From contig JBHLNF010000001.1 of assembly GCA_048937405.1 (NCBI GenBank), positions 944,785 to 1,008,784 of the forward strand: 64,000 nt of DNA, in the 5' to 3' direction. A program made the translations under genes and the position numbers. How positions within the stretch are numbered: the first letter of the stretch is position 1; each line of letters starts with the position of its first letter. The notes under the pieces are model-generated. The model worked only from the letters and a program-made list of their open reading frames with translations. It was not told the DNA's origin and ran no database searches. The DNA is from Promethearchaeota archaeon (GTDB taxonomy: Archaea; Asgardarchaeota; Lokiarchaeia; Sigyniarchaeales; SOKP01). This document shows, in pieces, positions 41,392 through 51,945 of the stretch.

Positions 41392-41994
41392 ATGTTTAAA
41401 CTTTACACCATCGAGGGAAAGATAGAGATCCCCCCCTTCTTATTTGACCAAGAAAAAGATGTTAGTGCAAGAATAATACTTTCAGAAGATTATGAAGGTA
41501 TAATTACTCATGATTATGGATTTATAATTGCAGTTGTAGATGTTCTTGAGGTAGGAAAGGGAATAATTATACCTGGCAATGCTAATACTTTTCATGAAGT
41601 AATCTTTACAATCCTTACATTCAAACCTACAGTTTCGGAAGTAGTAGAAGGTACTGTTGTTGAAATTGTTGATTTTGGAAGTTTCATAAGATTAGGACCA
41701 TTAGATGGATTAGTTCACGTTTCTCAAATTTGTGATGATTATATCTCTTATGAACAAGTAGGTAATCGATTTATAGGTAAAGAAACTGGAAAAATCTTAG
41801 AGGTTAATGATCAAGTTAGAGCAAAGATAATTGCTGTTTCTTTAGGTACAGGTAGAAGTGGAAAACTCGGCTTAACAATGAGACAAAAATTCTTAGGAAA
41901 AGAAGAATGGATAGAAGAAGATATTGAAGAGACTTATAATGAAGAAAAAACAGAACCAGTTGAATCAAATGAAAATAAAGATAATTCAGAATAA
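41392..41994 (+). CDS. rpoE1: RNA polymerase subunit Rpo7 (RpoE')
   Basis: EVVEGTVVEIVDFGSFIRLGPLDGLVHVSQ, GLTMRQKFLGK.EW. Confidence 0.96.
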   Translation: MFKLYTIEGKIEIPPFLFDQEKDVSARIILSEDYEGIITHDYGFIIAVVDVLEVGKGIIIPGNANTFHEVIFTILTFKPTVSEVVEGTVVEIVDFGSFIRLGPLDGLVHVSQICDDYISYEQVGNRFIGKETGKILEVNDQVRAKIIAVSLGTGRSGKLGLTMRQKFLGKEEWIEEDIEETYNEEKTEPVESNENKDNSE

Positions 41995-42020
41995 TAAATT
42001 TGGAAGTAGTGTAAATAAGT

Positions 42021-42209
42021 TTGAAAGAAAAAGCTTGTAAAAATTGTCATTTAATTACTAAAAATGAAAATATCTGCCCAAAGTGCAAAACACATACTTT
42101 AAGCGAAGATTTTACTGGTGAAGTTATTATAATTAATCCTCAAGAATCTAAATTTGCTGAGTACCTTAAAATCCACTTTCCTGGAAAATATGCTTTAAGA
42201 GTGCGTTAG
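42021..42209 (+). CDS. spt4: Transcription elongation factor Spt4 (RpoE'')
   Basis: KACKNC...CPKC, PGKYALRVR; operon position. Confidence 0.95.
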   Translation: MKEKACKNCHLITKNENICPKCKTHTLSEDFTGEVIIINPQESKFAEYLKIHFPGKYALRVR

Positions 42210-42298
42210 AAATTGATGAAAATAGTTTATTATAATTTACTTATCAAAAATTCCTAATAAACGTTATATAAAACTCTTTCTTTATATTCTTGATTTAG

Positions 42299-42886
42299 AT
42301 GGATTACAATTTACGAATTCCTTATGAAAAAAGGCATTTATTTGCTGAACCCCTCGATATTTTAATTGCTGGGTCTCGAAAAGAAACATTAGCTCAGGTA
42401 ATTAACATTTTTAAGGATTATCTAAGATCTAAAAAAGTGTTAAATTTTTATCTTGTAGGAGATATTGTTACCAATGATTTTCTATCTAATCAGTTTTTAA
42501 AGAGCTTTGTAAAACTCAGTATTATAGATGAAAAAACTAAAAGAAATCATATTAATATAGAATTTGAAAAATATTTTGAACAAACTTTAGAATTAAAAAA
42601 TCCTGAAGGAACTATTAATAAGGATTGCTGGAATCTCTTCAGAGAAGTAATCAAATCTGAGAAGAAAACGTTGATTAAGATAATTGAAGGAGAAGAAGAC
42701 TTATTACTACTTCCCCTCATACTTGAAATTCCAATAATAGAAGGAGTAAAAAATTTTGCTTTCTATGGACAACCTCCCATTACGGATTCTAATTTCGTGA
42801 TTCCTCAAGGAATTGTCATAGTTGACATTGATAAAAATATTCAAGAAAAAGTTAAAGAAATTATCTCTATTATGGAAAAATACTGA
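42299..42886 (+). CDS. DUF359 GTP-dependent dephospho-CoA kinase family
   Basis: VGDIVT, NPEGTI, EGEEDL, YGQP; conserved operon position. Confidence 0.88.
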   Translation: MDYNLRIPYEKRHLFAEPLDILIAGSRKETLAQVINIFKDYLRSKKVLNFYLVGDIVTNDFLSNQFLKSFVKLSIIDEKTKRNHINIEFEKYFEQTLELKNPEGTINKDCWNLFREVIKSEKKTLIKIIEGEEDLLLLPLILEIPIIEGVKNFAFYGQPPITDSNFVIPQGIVIVDIDKNIQEKVKEIISIMEKY

Positions 42887-43033
42887 TTTTAAAAAGATAA
42901 TTTAGAATTTATGTATATGACTTATTTACTTTAAAAACCAAAATTTTATTTTTTATCTATTCTTTTGAATGATATAATTTTGTAAAAATTATTTTTTATG
43001 ATCTAATTTGTCTTAAAAGGCAGTACGTTAAAA

Positions 43034-43387
43034 ATGACATTGAATATTGAAATAATGGAAGAAAAAAAGAACCCTTTAATTGATCGGACAGAATTAGAAA
43101 TTAGGATTGATCATTTTGGAGAGGGAACCCCAAATAGATTGGAAGTGAAGAAAAAAATAGCTGCATTACAGGGTAGCGACGAAAAACTAACAATAATAAA
43201 AAAACTCGATACTCATTTTGGCAGTTCTCATACTATTGGAAAAGTATATATTTATGAAAACTCAAAAGATCTTGTTTATTTCGAACCATTTCATATTCAA
43301 GTGCGGAATTTTGAAAAGGATAAAAGAACAGAAATTTATCAATTGAAAAGGAGACGGGAACCTTTTAAACATCTTTTTGAATATTAA
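43034..43387 (+). CDS. rps24e: 30S ribosomal protein S24e
   Basis: NPLIDRTE, TPNR. Confidence 0.93.
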   Translation: MTLNIEIMEEKKNPLIDRTELEIRIDHFGEGTPNRLEVKKKIAALQGSDEKLTIIKKLDTHFGSSHTIGKVYIYENSKDLVYFEPFHIQVRNFEKDKRTEIYQLKRRREPFKHLFEY

Positions 43388-43412
43388 TTATATAGTATTA
43401 AGTGAAAAAAAA

Positions 43413-43619
43413 ATGAATTCCTCAAATTATTATAAAATTGAAGGGGGAAAGTTAGTTAGAACTCAAAGATCATGCCCTAAATGTGGGCCAAGCTATTTCT
43501 TAGCGAATCACTATGATCGATGGAGTTGTGGAAAATGCGGATATGCGGTATTCAAGAGAAAAGGACAGCCAAAGGCTAAAACTACAAGAAGATCTCCTCG
43601 AAAACGTTCAAAAGCGTAA
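43413..43619 (+). CDS. rps27ae: 30S ribosomal protein S27ae (start moved to ATG 43413)
   Basis: YYKIEG, CPKCG..FLANH.DRWSCGKCG. Confidence 0.93.
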   Translation: MNSSNYYKIEGGKLVRTQRSCPKCGPSYFLANHYDRWSCGKCGYAVFKRKGQPKAKTTRRSPRKRSKA

Positions 43620-43724
43620 AGTAAGATTTAACTTTAAATAACTTTTAAAAATTAAACTTATTCACCTAATATTACATACTATTAATTCTATCTTCACCTT
43701 ATAGACTATTACTTTAATGAAAAT

Positions 43725-44741
43725 TTGGCGAGCTTTATGAGAAAGTTATGTCTTGGAATAGAATCTACTGCTCACACGTTCAGTGTAGGAATTTTAGATT
43801 TTGAGGGAAATGTATATAGTCTTATAAATGATGTTTATGTCCCTGAAGAAGGGGGTCTCCATCCTGGTTTAGTTAGGGAGCAACATTTAAACAATTTTAT
43901 GAACATAGTAAATAGTGCTTTAACTGAGGCTAAAATATCCATAAAAGACATTAATTTGATTGCATTTAGTCAAAGTCCTGGTTTAGGACCTGCGTTAAAA
44001 ATTGGTGCATGGGTTGCACGTATGTTAAGCCAATTAGTCAATATTGAAATAGTAGGAGTAAACCATTGTATCGCTCATATTGAAATTGGACGTTTAAAAT
44101 GTAATATTGAAGATCCACTTACTCTTTACGTGAGTGGTGGGAATACAATAGTTAGTGCCTTTGAATCTGAAAGATATCAAATTTTTGGTGAAACTCTTGA
44201 CTTAGCTATTGGCAATATGATGGATACTTTTGCTCGTGATGCGGGTTTAAGCCATCCTGGTGGCCCAAAAATTGAAAAATTAGCATTAGATTCAAATAAC
44301 TATATTGAATTACCTTATGTTGTAAAAGGTATGGATCTCTCATTTTCTGGTCTTTATACAGCAGCAAAATATCTACTCCAGTCTGAAGACTATGGTACTA
44401 AATATAATTTAAATGATGTTGCTTATTCTTTGCAAGAAACAGCTTTTGGAATGCTAACTGAGGTTACTGAAAGAGCTTTAGCCCATACAGAAAAGCAAGA
44501 AGTACTTCTTACAGGAGGGGTAGCAGCAAATAAAAGGCTACAGTCTATGATAGAATATATTAGTAAGGAACATGATGCTAGATTCGAAGTCGTTCCTCTA
44601 AAATTCGCAGGTGATAATGGAGCAATGATTGGTTGGGCAGGGATTTTAAGATATCAATTACAAGGGGGGCATAATATTTCTGATACAATTATTAAACCGA
44701 AGCAAAGAATGGATCAAATTACAGTTCCTTGGAGGCACTAA
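43725..44741 (+). CDS. kae1: t6A synthase Kae1 (KEOPS)
   Basis: LGIESTAH, VNHCIAHIE, LYVSGGNT, DNGAMI. Confidence 0.96.
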   Translation: MASFMRKLCLGIESTAHTFSVGILDFEGNVYSLINDVYVPEEGGLHPGLVREQHLNNFMNIVNSALTEAKISIKDINLIAFSQSPGLGPALKIGAWVARMLSQLVNIEIVGVNHCIAHIEIGRLKCNIEDPLTLYVSGGNTIVSAFESERYQIFGETLDLAIGNMMDTFARDAGLSHPGGPKIEKLALDSNNYIELPYVVKGMDLSFSGLYTAAKYLLQSEDYGTKYNLNDVAYSLQETAFGMLTEVTERALAHTEKQEVLLTGGVAANKRLQSMIEYISKEHDARFEVVPLKFAGDNGAMIGWAGILRYQLQGGHNISDTIIKPKQRMDQITVPWRH

Positions 44742-44747
44742 CTAACC

Positions 44748-45425
44748 TTGAGTTCTAATGTAAAGAAAGAAAAAGTCATTAAAAAAGGAGCTGAAGCAAG
44801 TCTTTATTATGGACATTGGTTTGGGAAAGAAGTAATATTTAAGTATAGAATTCCAAAAAAATATCGTATAAAAGAATTGGATAAATCAATTAGAACGCAA
44901 AGAACATTAAACGAAGCCAAAGCGTTGATAAAAGTCAAAACATATGGTATTAATGTACCTCAAGTTTTTGAGATTGATTCAGTTAATTCCACAATAGTTA
45001 TGAAATATATACAAGGTAATCGATTAAAAGATATTTTATCTGAATTAGATGATGATCTCAAGAAAAAATATTTCAATGATCTTGGCAGGATAATAGCAGT
45101 TTTGCATAGAAATGGACATATTCATGGTGATATTACTACGAGTAATATAATTATCACTCCTGAAAATCATATTTTTCTCATAGATTTTGGCTTACATGAA
45201 TATTCTAATACAATAGAAGATAAAAGCGTTGATCTACATCTCCTAAAGAGAGTTTTAATCTCCTCACATGGGTTTGAAAATTATAAATTTTGTTTTTATG
45301 CGTTTCTCGAGGGATATAGGTTAGAATATGAAAAGATGGAAGATGATGAGTGTGATAAAATTATTAAAAACATTAATTCCATTGAGTCTCGCGGGAGATA
45401 TATAGATTCCGAAGATAGATTATAA
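44748..45425 (+). CDS. bud32: KEOPS kinase Bud32
   Basis: GAEA, RTLNEA, HGDITTSN, IDFGL, EDKSVDL, RGRY. Confidence 0.95.
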   Translation: MSSNVKKEKVIKKGAEASLYYGHWFGKEVIFKYRIPKKYRIKELDKSIRTQRTLNEAKALIKVKTYGINVPQVFEIDSVNSTIVMKYIQGNRLKDILSELDDDLKKKYFNDLGRIIAVLHRNGHIHGDITTSNIIITPENHIFLIDFGLHEYSNTIEDKSVDLHLLKRVLISSHGFENYKFCFYAFLEGYRLEYEKMEDDECDKIIKNINSIESRGRYIDSEDRL

Positions 45426-45736
45426 ATTTTATCCTAACTTATTCATTTTGTCTAATAGAAGCAAAATGAAAATCTTAAAATATTTTCATCTAAACTATTA
45501 ATTCAGTTGATAAAGTGTTCATCTAATTAAATAAATTAACTAAATAGTGTATATCTGATTTAGACTACTTTAAATACTCCAAATCATACCAATTAACTTT
45601 ATATACATGTTATACTTATAATACAATATTGAAAAGAGTGAATAAATTAAGGGGCAAAGAATATATCTACATTCTAATTCACTTTTGACATAAAAAATAG
45701 GAGAATTTCAGATATAATTTCCGTGGAAATAAGTCA

Positions 45737-45946
45737 ATGTCAGAAACTGAAAATTTGAAAAAAAAAAAGAAAATGGTTAATATTACCATAAATTTACCCG
45801 AAATCTATGACAAAAATATTAAAAAATTGATTGGTATGAAGGTTTGTTCATCCCGAAGTGAAGCAATAAGAAACGCATTAAGAGATTTCCTTCATAAAGA
45901 ATATAAAAATCTTAAATTATTAGGATTTTTTGAAGAATCATCCTAA
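45737..45946 (+). CDS. Ribbon-helix-helix (CopG-like) regulator
   Basis: NITINLPE...SRSEAIRNALRDFL. Confidence 0.88.
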   Translation: MSETENLKKKKKMVNITINLPEIYDKNIKKLIGMKVCSSRSEAIRNALRDFLHKEYKNLKLLGFFEESS

Positions 45947-46040
45947 GAAGCTAATCTCTTCGGATTTACTCCTACTTAAGATTTATAACACTAGTTTACT
46001 TACTAATTTATTATCCTTATGAACTACTTAGAGAAATAAA

Positions 46041-46628
46041 ATGCAATTATATCTAATAACGGAATCTGGATCTTTAAGAAAAGTCAATAGAGTAGATTTT
46101 AATGAAAACAAAGTATTTCTAATTGATGATATTAGAACATTATATTTATGGTTTGGATTAAAAGCTTCTGAGAAAAAAAAAAAAATAAGTCTTGAAAGAA
46201 TCGATAAATTGAAAGCTCAAAGAAAAAAAACACCAGAACTTATAGTGTTAAATCAAAATAAAGAGTATGGTTCATTTTTAGCGATTATGGATGTTATAAG
46301 AAAAGGGTTGGATGTTGGTGCTGCTCTTGAAAGAAGACCTGAATTAAAAATTCAATACAATGATACTCAAGAACTTATCGAGGCGGGAATAGATCCAGAT
46401 TTTGAAGGTGAAATTACTATTGCTGCCCACAATCTTGCTCAAGAAAACCACTCTTATGAAGATTTATGCAAAAAACTAGCTGAAATACAAATGAGATTAA
46501 TAAAAGAGGATGCATCTGAAAAAGAAATTGAGAAAAAAACAGAGAAAATATATAAATCTTCATCAACATATGAAGAACTCTGCTGGTTGATTGCTGAATT
46601 AAGCAAACTTCTTGAGAGAAAACCTTAA
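46041..46628 (+). CDS. Gelsolin-domain protein with C-terminal duplicated helical domain (1DGelX-like)
   Basis: KVFLID...LYLWFG.KAS gelsolin core, QNKE; repeats SYEDLCKKLAE / TYEELCWLIAE. Confidence 0.72.
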   Translation: MQLYLITESGSLRKVNRVDFNENKVFLIDDIRTLYLWFGLKASEKKKKISLERIDKLKAQRKKTPELIVLNQNKEYGSFLAIMDVIRKGLDVGAALERRPELKIQYNDTQELIEAGIDPDFEGEITIAAHNLAQENHSYEDLCKKLAEIQMRLIKEDASEKEIEKKTEKIYKSSSTYEELCWLIAELSKLLERKP

Positions 46629-46630
46629 TT

Positions 46631-47143
46631 TTAGTCAACTGCTTTAATTTTAATTGTAATATGTATATCTTCTTTAGAAAAATTAATATGTTTATTAAAA
46701 AGTTTATTAATAGCTTTTATATAAATTCCATTTCTTCCAACTGCGATATGATATGTATTTAAATATTTCAAGAAACATATATTTATCTCATATTTTCCTT
46801 CTTTATCATTTATTTCAATTCTAACATCATGTATACACAAATCTGGAAATAGATTAAAAAGTAAATTTAATAAAATATTATCTAACCTAATTATTGAAAT
46901 TTTTTTTATAATTTTATGTCTTAAAGAGTTTAAATAAGTTTTTGCTTCAAAATATCTATCCTGTTTTATAAAAAGAAATATAAATTCATCATCTTCAACA
47001 TTTATGATGATTATATGTGAAGGGTCTATTTTTGTCTTGTCGTAGAAATATTTGTAGAGTTTAAGTTCATAATTAGAATATTTTATATTATCAATGGCTA
47101 ATACTTGATAAAGAATTAAATCATCGAGAATCGTGTAAAACAT
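46631..47143 (-). CDS. Divergent NusA-like KH-domain protein
   Basis: C-terminal IAVGRNGIYIK KH motif; first KH GxxG absent. Confidence 0.6.
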   Translation of the reverse strand: MFYTILDDLILYQVLAIDNIKYSNYELKLYKYFYDKTKIDPSHIIIINVEDDEFIFLFIKQDRYFEAKTYLNSLRHKIIKKISIIRLDNILLNLLFNLFPDLCIHDVRIEINDKEGKYEINICFLKYLNTYHIAVGRNGIYIKAINKLFNKHINFSKEDIHITIKIKAVD

Positions 47144-47195
47144 ATAATTGTTTTTTAGGATGTATTTTTAAAGTACGAGAAAAATAGTAATTATA

Positions 47196-47234
47196 ATTAC
47201 CTTAAAAAAAAGCTCTCTTTTCATTTAAGGTAAT
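47196..47234. repeat. Perfect 11-bp inverted repeat (hairpin), possible terminator or operator
   Basis: attaccttaaa (47196-47206) / tttaaggtaat (47224-47234), 17-nt spacer. Confidence 0.6.
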
Positions 47235-47245
47235 AATAAATTCAA

Positions 47246-47791
47246 TCAACCAATCAAATTATAGAACTTAGCGAGTAAAAAGGCATTCACGGTCGAACTG
47301 TGAATAATATCACCATTTCTAATTAAATTATGTATTTCTTCAATGGTGAATTCATATACTGAAATAATTTCATTTGGATCTATCGGTTCTGAATTATTTT
47401 TTTTTACTTTAGCAAAATATAGGTAATTCCAAACAGTATTAAGAAAAGATATTCTTGTTTTTCCTAAAAAAGTAATACTTTCCACCTTATAACCTGTTTC
47501 TTCTTCTGTTTCTCTTATTGCTGCTTCCTCAGGTTTCTCAGCTTTATCAATCATACCACCTACGGAAGTTTTTGTTTTTATTTGCCATGGATATGGGTAT
47601 GAGTCTACAAGAATAATTTTATTATCAACTGTCTGGCAAATAATTGTAACAAAATCTCTCCCTTCAATAACAACATATTCCGTTTGTTGACCATCTGGTT
47701 TTAATACTAAATCATTTCTCAAACCAATGAAACGATTTCGAAATATAACTCTTTCCTCTAATTGCCTCCAAATATAAAATTTTTGGTTCAT
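47246..47791 (-). CDS. NUDIX hydrolase (ADP-ribose pyrophosphatase-like)
   Basis: GGMIDKAEKPEEAAIRETEEETG Nudix box. Confidence 0.9.
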   Translation of the reverse strand: MNQKFYIWRQLEERVIFRNRFIGLRNDLVLKPDGQQTEYVVIEGRDFVTIICQTVDNKIILVDSYPYPWQIKTKTSVGGMIDKAEKPEEAAIRETEEETGYKVESITFLGKTRISFLNTVWNYLYFAKVKKNNSEPIDPNEIISVYEFTIEEIHNLIRNGDIIHSSTVNAFLLAKFYNLIG

Positions 47792-47925
47792 ATCATATTC
47801 AATGATTTATATTATTATATTTCTATTTATCAGAAAAAACCCAAATCTTTCTATTACAATGGTAATAATTTAATTCAATTTTTGAATATCTTATTTCTGC
47901 AGTACTCTATAAAACTAAATATCTA

Positions 47926-49650
47926 TTATATTGCATTGCTAACTCCAATTGCATTTGAAATAACAGCAGCAAAGAAAATTTGAACTATTGTAAATGATAT
48001 CAAAACAACAGGATAGAAAGCTTTCACGTTCTGAAATATCTTAGTATTTTGAATTATTATCAACAGAAGAACTATATACATAAATAAAACGGAGGGAAAA
48101 TAAGACAATTGATTTGTTAATGTCATCAAAGTTATCATCAGTATAATTGCAGTGATTATTAAAACCCTATTCTTAGAATTCTCCGATTTTAAGAACTTTA
48201 ACCTTGGATAAATCACTTTTCTTAGAAGTATTTCTATTGAGAGAAATACTGGAAGAGCAATGTAACTTAACATAAAATCTAAAACGAAATTTGATGGCCA
48301 AATAAAACCAAATGGATAATAAAAAGAGAACAGCATATATATAGCTATGAAATAACTTGCCGATATTAGATTAAAAATCAGGTAACTCAATTTAAATTGG
48401 TTTTTTATCATTTTTTTCAAGTTAATTAAATAACTTCTGTTTTTTAACTTTCTTAAGAGATTTATAATTCTTATTACAGTGAAAACTAGAAGCATAAGTA
48501 ATGAAGCGTATAAAATTCCCTTTAATCCATAGAGCTTTTCAAACAAAACCCAATTAAGTAAAAATGCTCCAATGTAAATAATTGTCATTAAAATTAACTT
48601 TTGCTGATTTAAATCACTTACCGTTAATTTAGGGTTTATTAAATTATAATTTTCAAACAATTTTTCCTTTCTAAAGAAAATTCGACTCGATATTGAAATT
48701 AGGGAAATAACGCTAATAAATATGATAATAATGTTTATGAAAATTAACACATAATTATAATAGAATGTAATAAATATGTGTCCATTAATATTAGGTGACC
48801 CAAAAAAATGATTTTCAAACCAGTTTATTGATTCAATAAGTACTTCATCTGAGAAAAGTTGGTGTCCCCCACCTAACAAAAAGCCCTTTATTGGAATTAC
48901 TGTACAATTTGTTAACTCTTGGGCTTTTAGAGCATTATCTGTAAAATCCAATGCTTCATCATCAACATGCATGATGATTAGTAAATTTTGAGTATTTTGT
49001 TCATTCAGTAAATTAATCGGAATGTAATTGATAAATTGGTCGTTATATACAAATCCATATCTTGGTGGTGTAAAATTTATAAGTGGAGCTAAGGCGACTA
49101 TTACTTGAAATCGTGGATCTAATGCTTGATTCATAAGTACTACCATTCCACCAAGTGAATGACCAATAAGTCCAATTTGAGATCTATCTACATCTTTATA
49201 AAAAGATAATGTTTCTAATTTATCTAATAAGTTAGAACAATCCTGAGCTAACGCAGGAATACCAGTAATGGGGTCTATATTATTTATATTCCCTCCGCTC
49301 TCACCATGTCCTTGATAATCTAGAGCCGTAACATAAAACCCTCTCTTACTAAATTCGATTGGAATCCTAAGATCGAAATCTCGTTTAGATCCTATACCAT
49401 GACAATAAATAATTAAAGGATATTTTTCCTGGAATTCCAAAGATTTTGAAGGATAATATAAATTTGCATAGAGAGTTGCCCCAGATGATTCAAATTGGAC
49501 ACGTTCATATCGATCATAACTCTGGGATTTATTTAATTGGAGTGCAGTTAATGTTATAATTAGAATAATAATAAAAACTAAAATTTTTTTAAGATGATGA
49601 TAGTCTTTATGCGTCATCTCACCAACAATAATAAACTCAGATTCTTCCAA
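47926..49650 (-). CDS. Membrane-anchored alpha/beta hydrolase with multi-TM C-terminus (possible ATT start at 49677)
   Basis: HG, DYQGHGES, GHSLGG; TM-rich C-half. Confidence 0.85.
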   Translation of the reverse strand: MEESEFIIVGEMTHKDYHHLKKILVFIIILIITLTALQLNKSQSYDRYERVQFESSGATLYANLYYPSKSLEFQEKYPLIIYCHGIGSKRDFDLRIPIEFSKRGFYVTALDYQGHGESGGNINNIDPITGIPALAQDCSNLLDKLETLSFYKDVDRSQIGLIGHSLGGMVVLMNQALDPRFQVIVALAPLINFTPPRYGFVYNDQFINYIPINLLNEQNTQNLLIIMHVDDEALDFTDNALKAQELTNCTVIPIKGFLLGGGHQLFSDEVLIESINWFENHFFGSPNINGHIFITFYYNYVLIFINIIIIFISVISLISISSRIFFRKEKLFENYNLINPKLTVSDLNQQKLILMTIIYIGAFLLNWVLFEKLYGLKGILYASLLMLLVFTVIRIINLLRKLKNRSYLINLKKMIKNQFKLSYLIFNLISASYFIAIYMLFSFYYPFGFIWPSNFVLDFMLSYIALPVFLSIEILLRKVIYPRLKFLKSENSKNRVLIITAIILMITLMTLTNQLSYFPSVLFMYIVLLLIIIQNTKIFQNVKAFYPVVLISFTIVQIFFAAVISNAIGVSNAI

Positions 49651-49952
49651 AACAGGTGTTTGTTTTTTTGAGATAATTTTTTGTCACCTTTCACAAGTTT
49701 TGAAATTTACAAACTTCCAATAAAAAGATATGAAATTGCATATTTAAATGTTTTCACAAGATTTGAAAAATAAAACAAAAATTAATAAGATGAATGTATG
49801 TTTACATAATTTTTTTCTTAAAAGTCTTCATCTATTTGCTAATGATATGCGTAAATCAATTAGTAATTAAACTCACTAAAAGTCATCTTTAATAGAATAG
49901 ATTAAAATATAACTAATGTTAGTATTTATTAATAATTTGATGTGAAATTATT

Positions 49953-51620
49953 ATGAAGTTGATTAAAGGATTTCCAGCTGAACCAGAAGGAACATATAAC
50001 TATCAATTAAATGTTATTAACTTTATAAAACATGCGATGAGAAATTATGCAAGACAAGAAATAATTAGTAGAAAACATGATGGTACTCTTTTTAGGTATA
50101 CATATAAGGAGTCATATGAAAGAATGCAAAGATTAGCAAATGCATTAGAATCGATTGGAGTAAAAGTAGCTGATCGTGTTGGTGTTTTAGCATGGAATAC
50201 TCACCAGCATTATGAGATATATTATGGATTACCTGGAATTGGCGCTGTAATGGTTACTTTAAATTTACGTCTTGCTCCCCAAGATTTAGTGTATATAGTA
50301 AATCACTCCGGAACAAGTTATCTAATTGTCGATGAGGATTTAATTCAAATAGCTGAGAGCATAGCACCTTCATGTGACAATATAAAAGGCTATATTATTA
50401 TTACTGAGAAGAATATAAACGAAGTGGAAACAAATCTAAACCCTATTTATAGTTATGAAGATATTTTAAATAAAGCATCACCAGAATATGAATGGATAAA
50501 TCTTGATGAAAATTCCGCTTATGCTGCATGTTATACTACGGGTACCACTGGTAAACCAAAAGGTGTTTATTATTCACATCGAAATTTGTACTTACAAACG
50601 ATGATGTTTGCATCTTTTTTTTCATTTACTGTAAATGATGTTGTTTTGCAGTTAGTACCAATGTTCCATGTTTTGGGGTGGTCAATGCCACACTCTGCTA
50701 CTTATGTTGGGGCTAAAATAATTTTCTCTGGAAAGTGGAATTTGAATGATGTTGAGGAACTTACAAAAATTATGGTTCAAGAAAATGTTTCTCTTACTGG
50801 GGCTGTTCCAGCAGTTTTCATGACAATGCTAGAATTTATTAAAAAAATGAAAGAAAAGCCAGATTTTACTGGAGCTCGTTTTATCTGTGGTGGTTCTGAA
50901 CCTCCAATTACTTTAATGCGTGGCTTTTGGGATGAAACTGGAGGAGAAATAATTCATTCTTACGGTTCTACGGAAGCTATGTCAAATACTACCCAAAACT
51001 CATTTAAACCATGGCTTAAAGAAGATCTTACAGAAGAAGAACTATGGGAACTAAAGAAAAAACAAGGTATAATCGTCTCTGGAATTGATGTTAAAATTGT
51101 TGATGAGAATGGTAATGAACTCCCTCATGATGGAAAAACTTCAGGAGAAGTTCTTTTCCGTGGACCTTGGATTACTAGAAGCTATTATAATGCACCACAT
51201 ACAATTAATAGTTTTACTGAAGAAGGATTTTATAGAAGTGGTGATGCTGGCTGTCTTGACTCAGAAGGATATCTTAAGATTACTGATAGAATAAAGGATG
51301 TAATTAAAAGTGGTGGAGAATGGATTAGCTCAATTGATATGGAAAACTCACTAGTATCACATCCGGGAGTATTAGAAGCAGCCGTTATAGGTATTCCTCA
51401 TCCAAAATGGGATGAAAGACCTTTAGCTTTAGTGGTTTTACGAGATGGATTTCAATCCATAAATAAAGAGGAAATTCATGGTTATCTTGCCAAAACCTTT
51501 GCTAAGTGGCAATTGCCCGAAGAAATTTTATTTGTGGAGGCAATCCCCAGAACTAGCGTAGGGAAACTTGATAAAAAACTAATGCGAATTAAATATCAAG
51601 ACTTATATACAAAAAGTTAA
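49953..51620 (+). CDS. Long/medium-chain fatty-acid-CoA ligase
   Basis: YTTGTTGKPKG, YGSTE, DRIKDVIKSGGEWISS, PRTSVGK. Confidence 0.93.
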   Translation: MKLIKGFPAEPEGTYNYQLNVINFIKHAMRNYARQEIISRKHDGTLFRYTYKESYERMQRLANALESIGVKVADRVGVLAWNTHQHYEIYYGLPGIGAVMVTLNLRLAPQDLVYIVNHSGTSYLIVDEDLIQIAESIAPSCDNIKGYIIITEKNINEVETNLNPIYSYEDILNKASPEYEWINLDENSAYAACYTTGTTGKPKGVYYSHRNLYLQTMMFASFFSFTVNDVVLQLVPMFHVLGWSMPHSATYVGAKIIFSGKWNLNDVEELTKIMVQENVSLTGAVPAVFMTMLEFIKKMKEKPDFTGARFICGGSEPPITLMRGFWDETGGEIIHSYGSTEAMSNTTQNSFKPWLKEDLTEEELWELKKKQGIIVSGIDVKIVDENGNELPHDGKTSGEVLFRGPWITRSYYNAPHTINSFTEEGFYRSGDAGCLDSEGYLKITDRIKDVIKSGGEWISSIDMENSLVSHPGVLEAAVIGIPHPKWDERPLALVVLRDGFQSINKEEIHGYLAKTFAKWQLPEEILFVEAIPRTSVGKLDKKLMRIKYQDLYTKS

Positions 51621-51681
51621 GAATATAAATTTAAACTCTATTTTGTTCAAATAAGCAATACTTTTCTATTAAATTAGAGTT

Positions 51682-51927
51682 CTATCTTCTTCCCCGAATT
51701 TTACGAGCTTCTCGTTCTACTTCGCGTAGAATTACGATGTCATCCATCCGAATTGGACCTTTCACATTACGAGTGAGAATTCGATTTTTATCTGGACCTT
51801 CAAGAATACGAACTTTAATTTGAGTAATTTCCCCCGTGAGACCAGTACGTCCAATTACTTGAATTACTTGAGCTGGAATAGATTGATCTTGAACTGTAAC
51901 ACCTTTTGATTTGTCTAATTTTACCAA
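51682..51927 (-). CDS. rps28e: 30S ribosomal protein S28e
   Basis: [26 protein letters not shown]; GGTGAT SD 5 nt before TTG. Confidence 0.96.
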   Translation of the reverse strand: MVKLDKSKGVTVQDQSIPAQVIQVIGRTGLTGEITQIKVRILEGPDKNRILTRNVKGPIRMDDIVILREVEREARKIRGRR

Positions 51928-51945
51928 ATATCATCACCAAAACAA

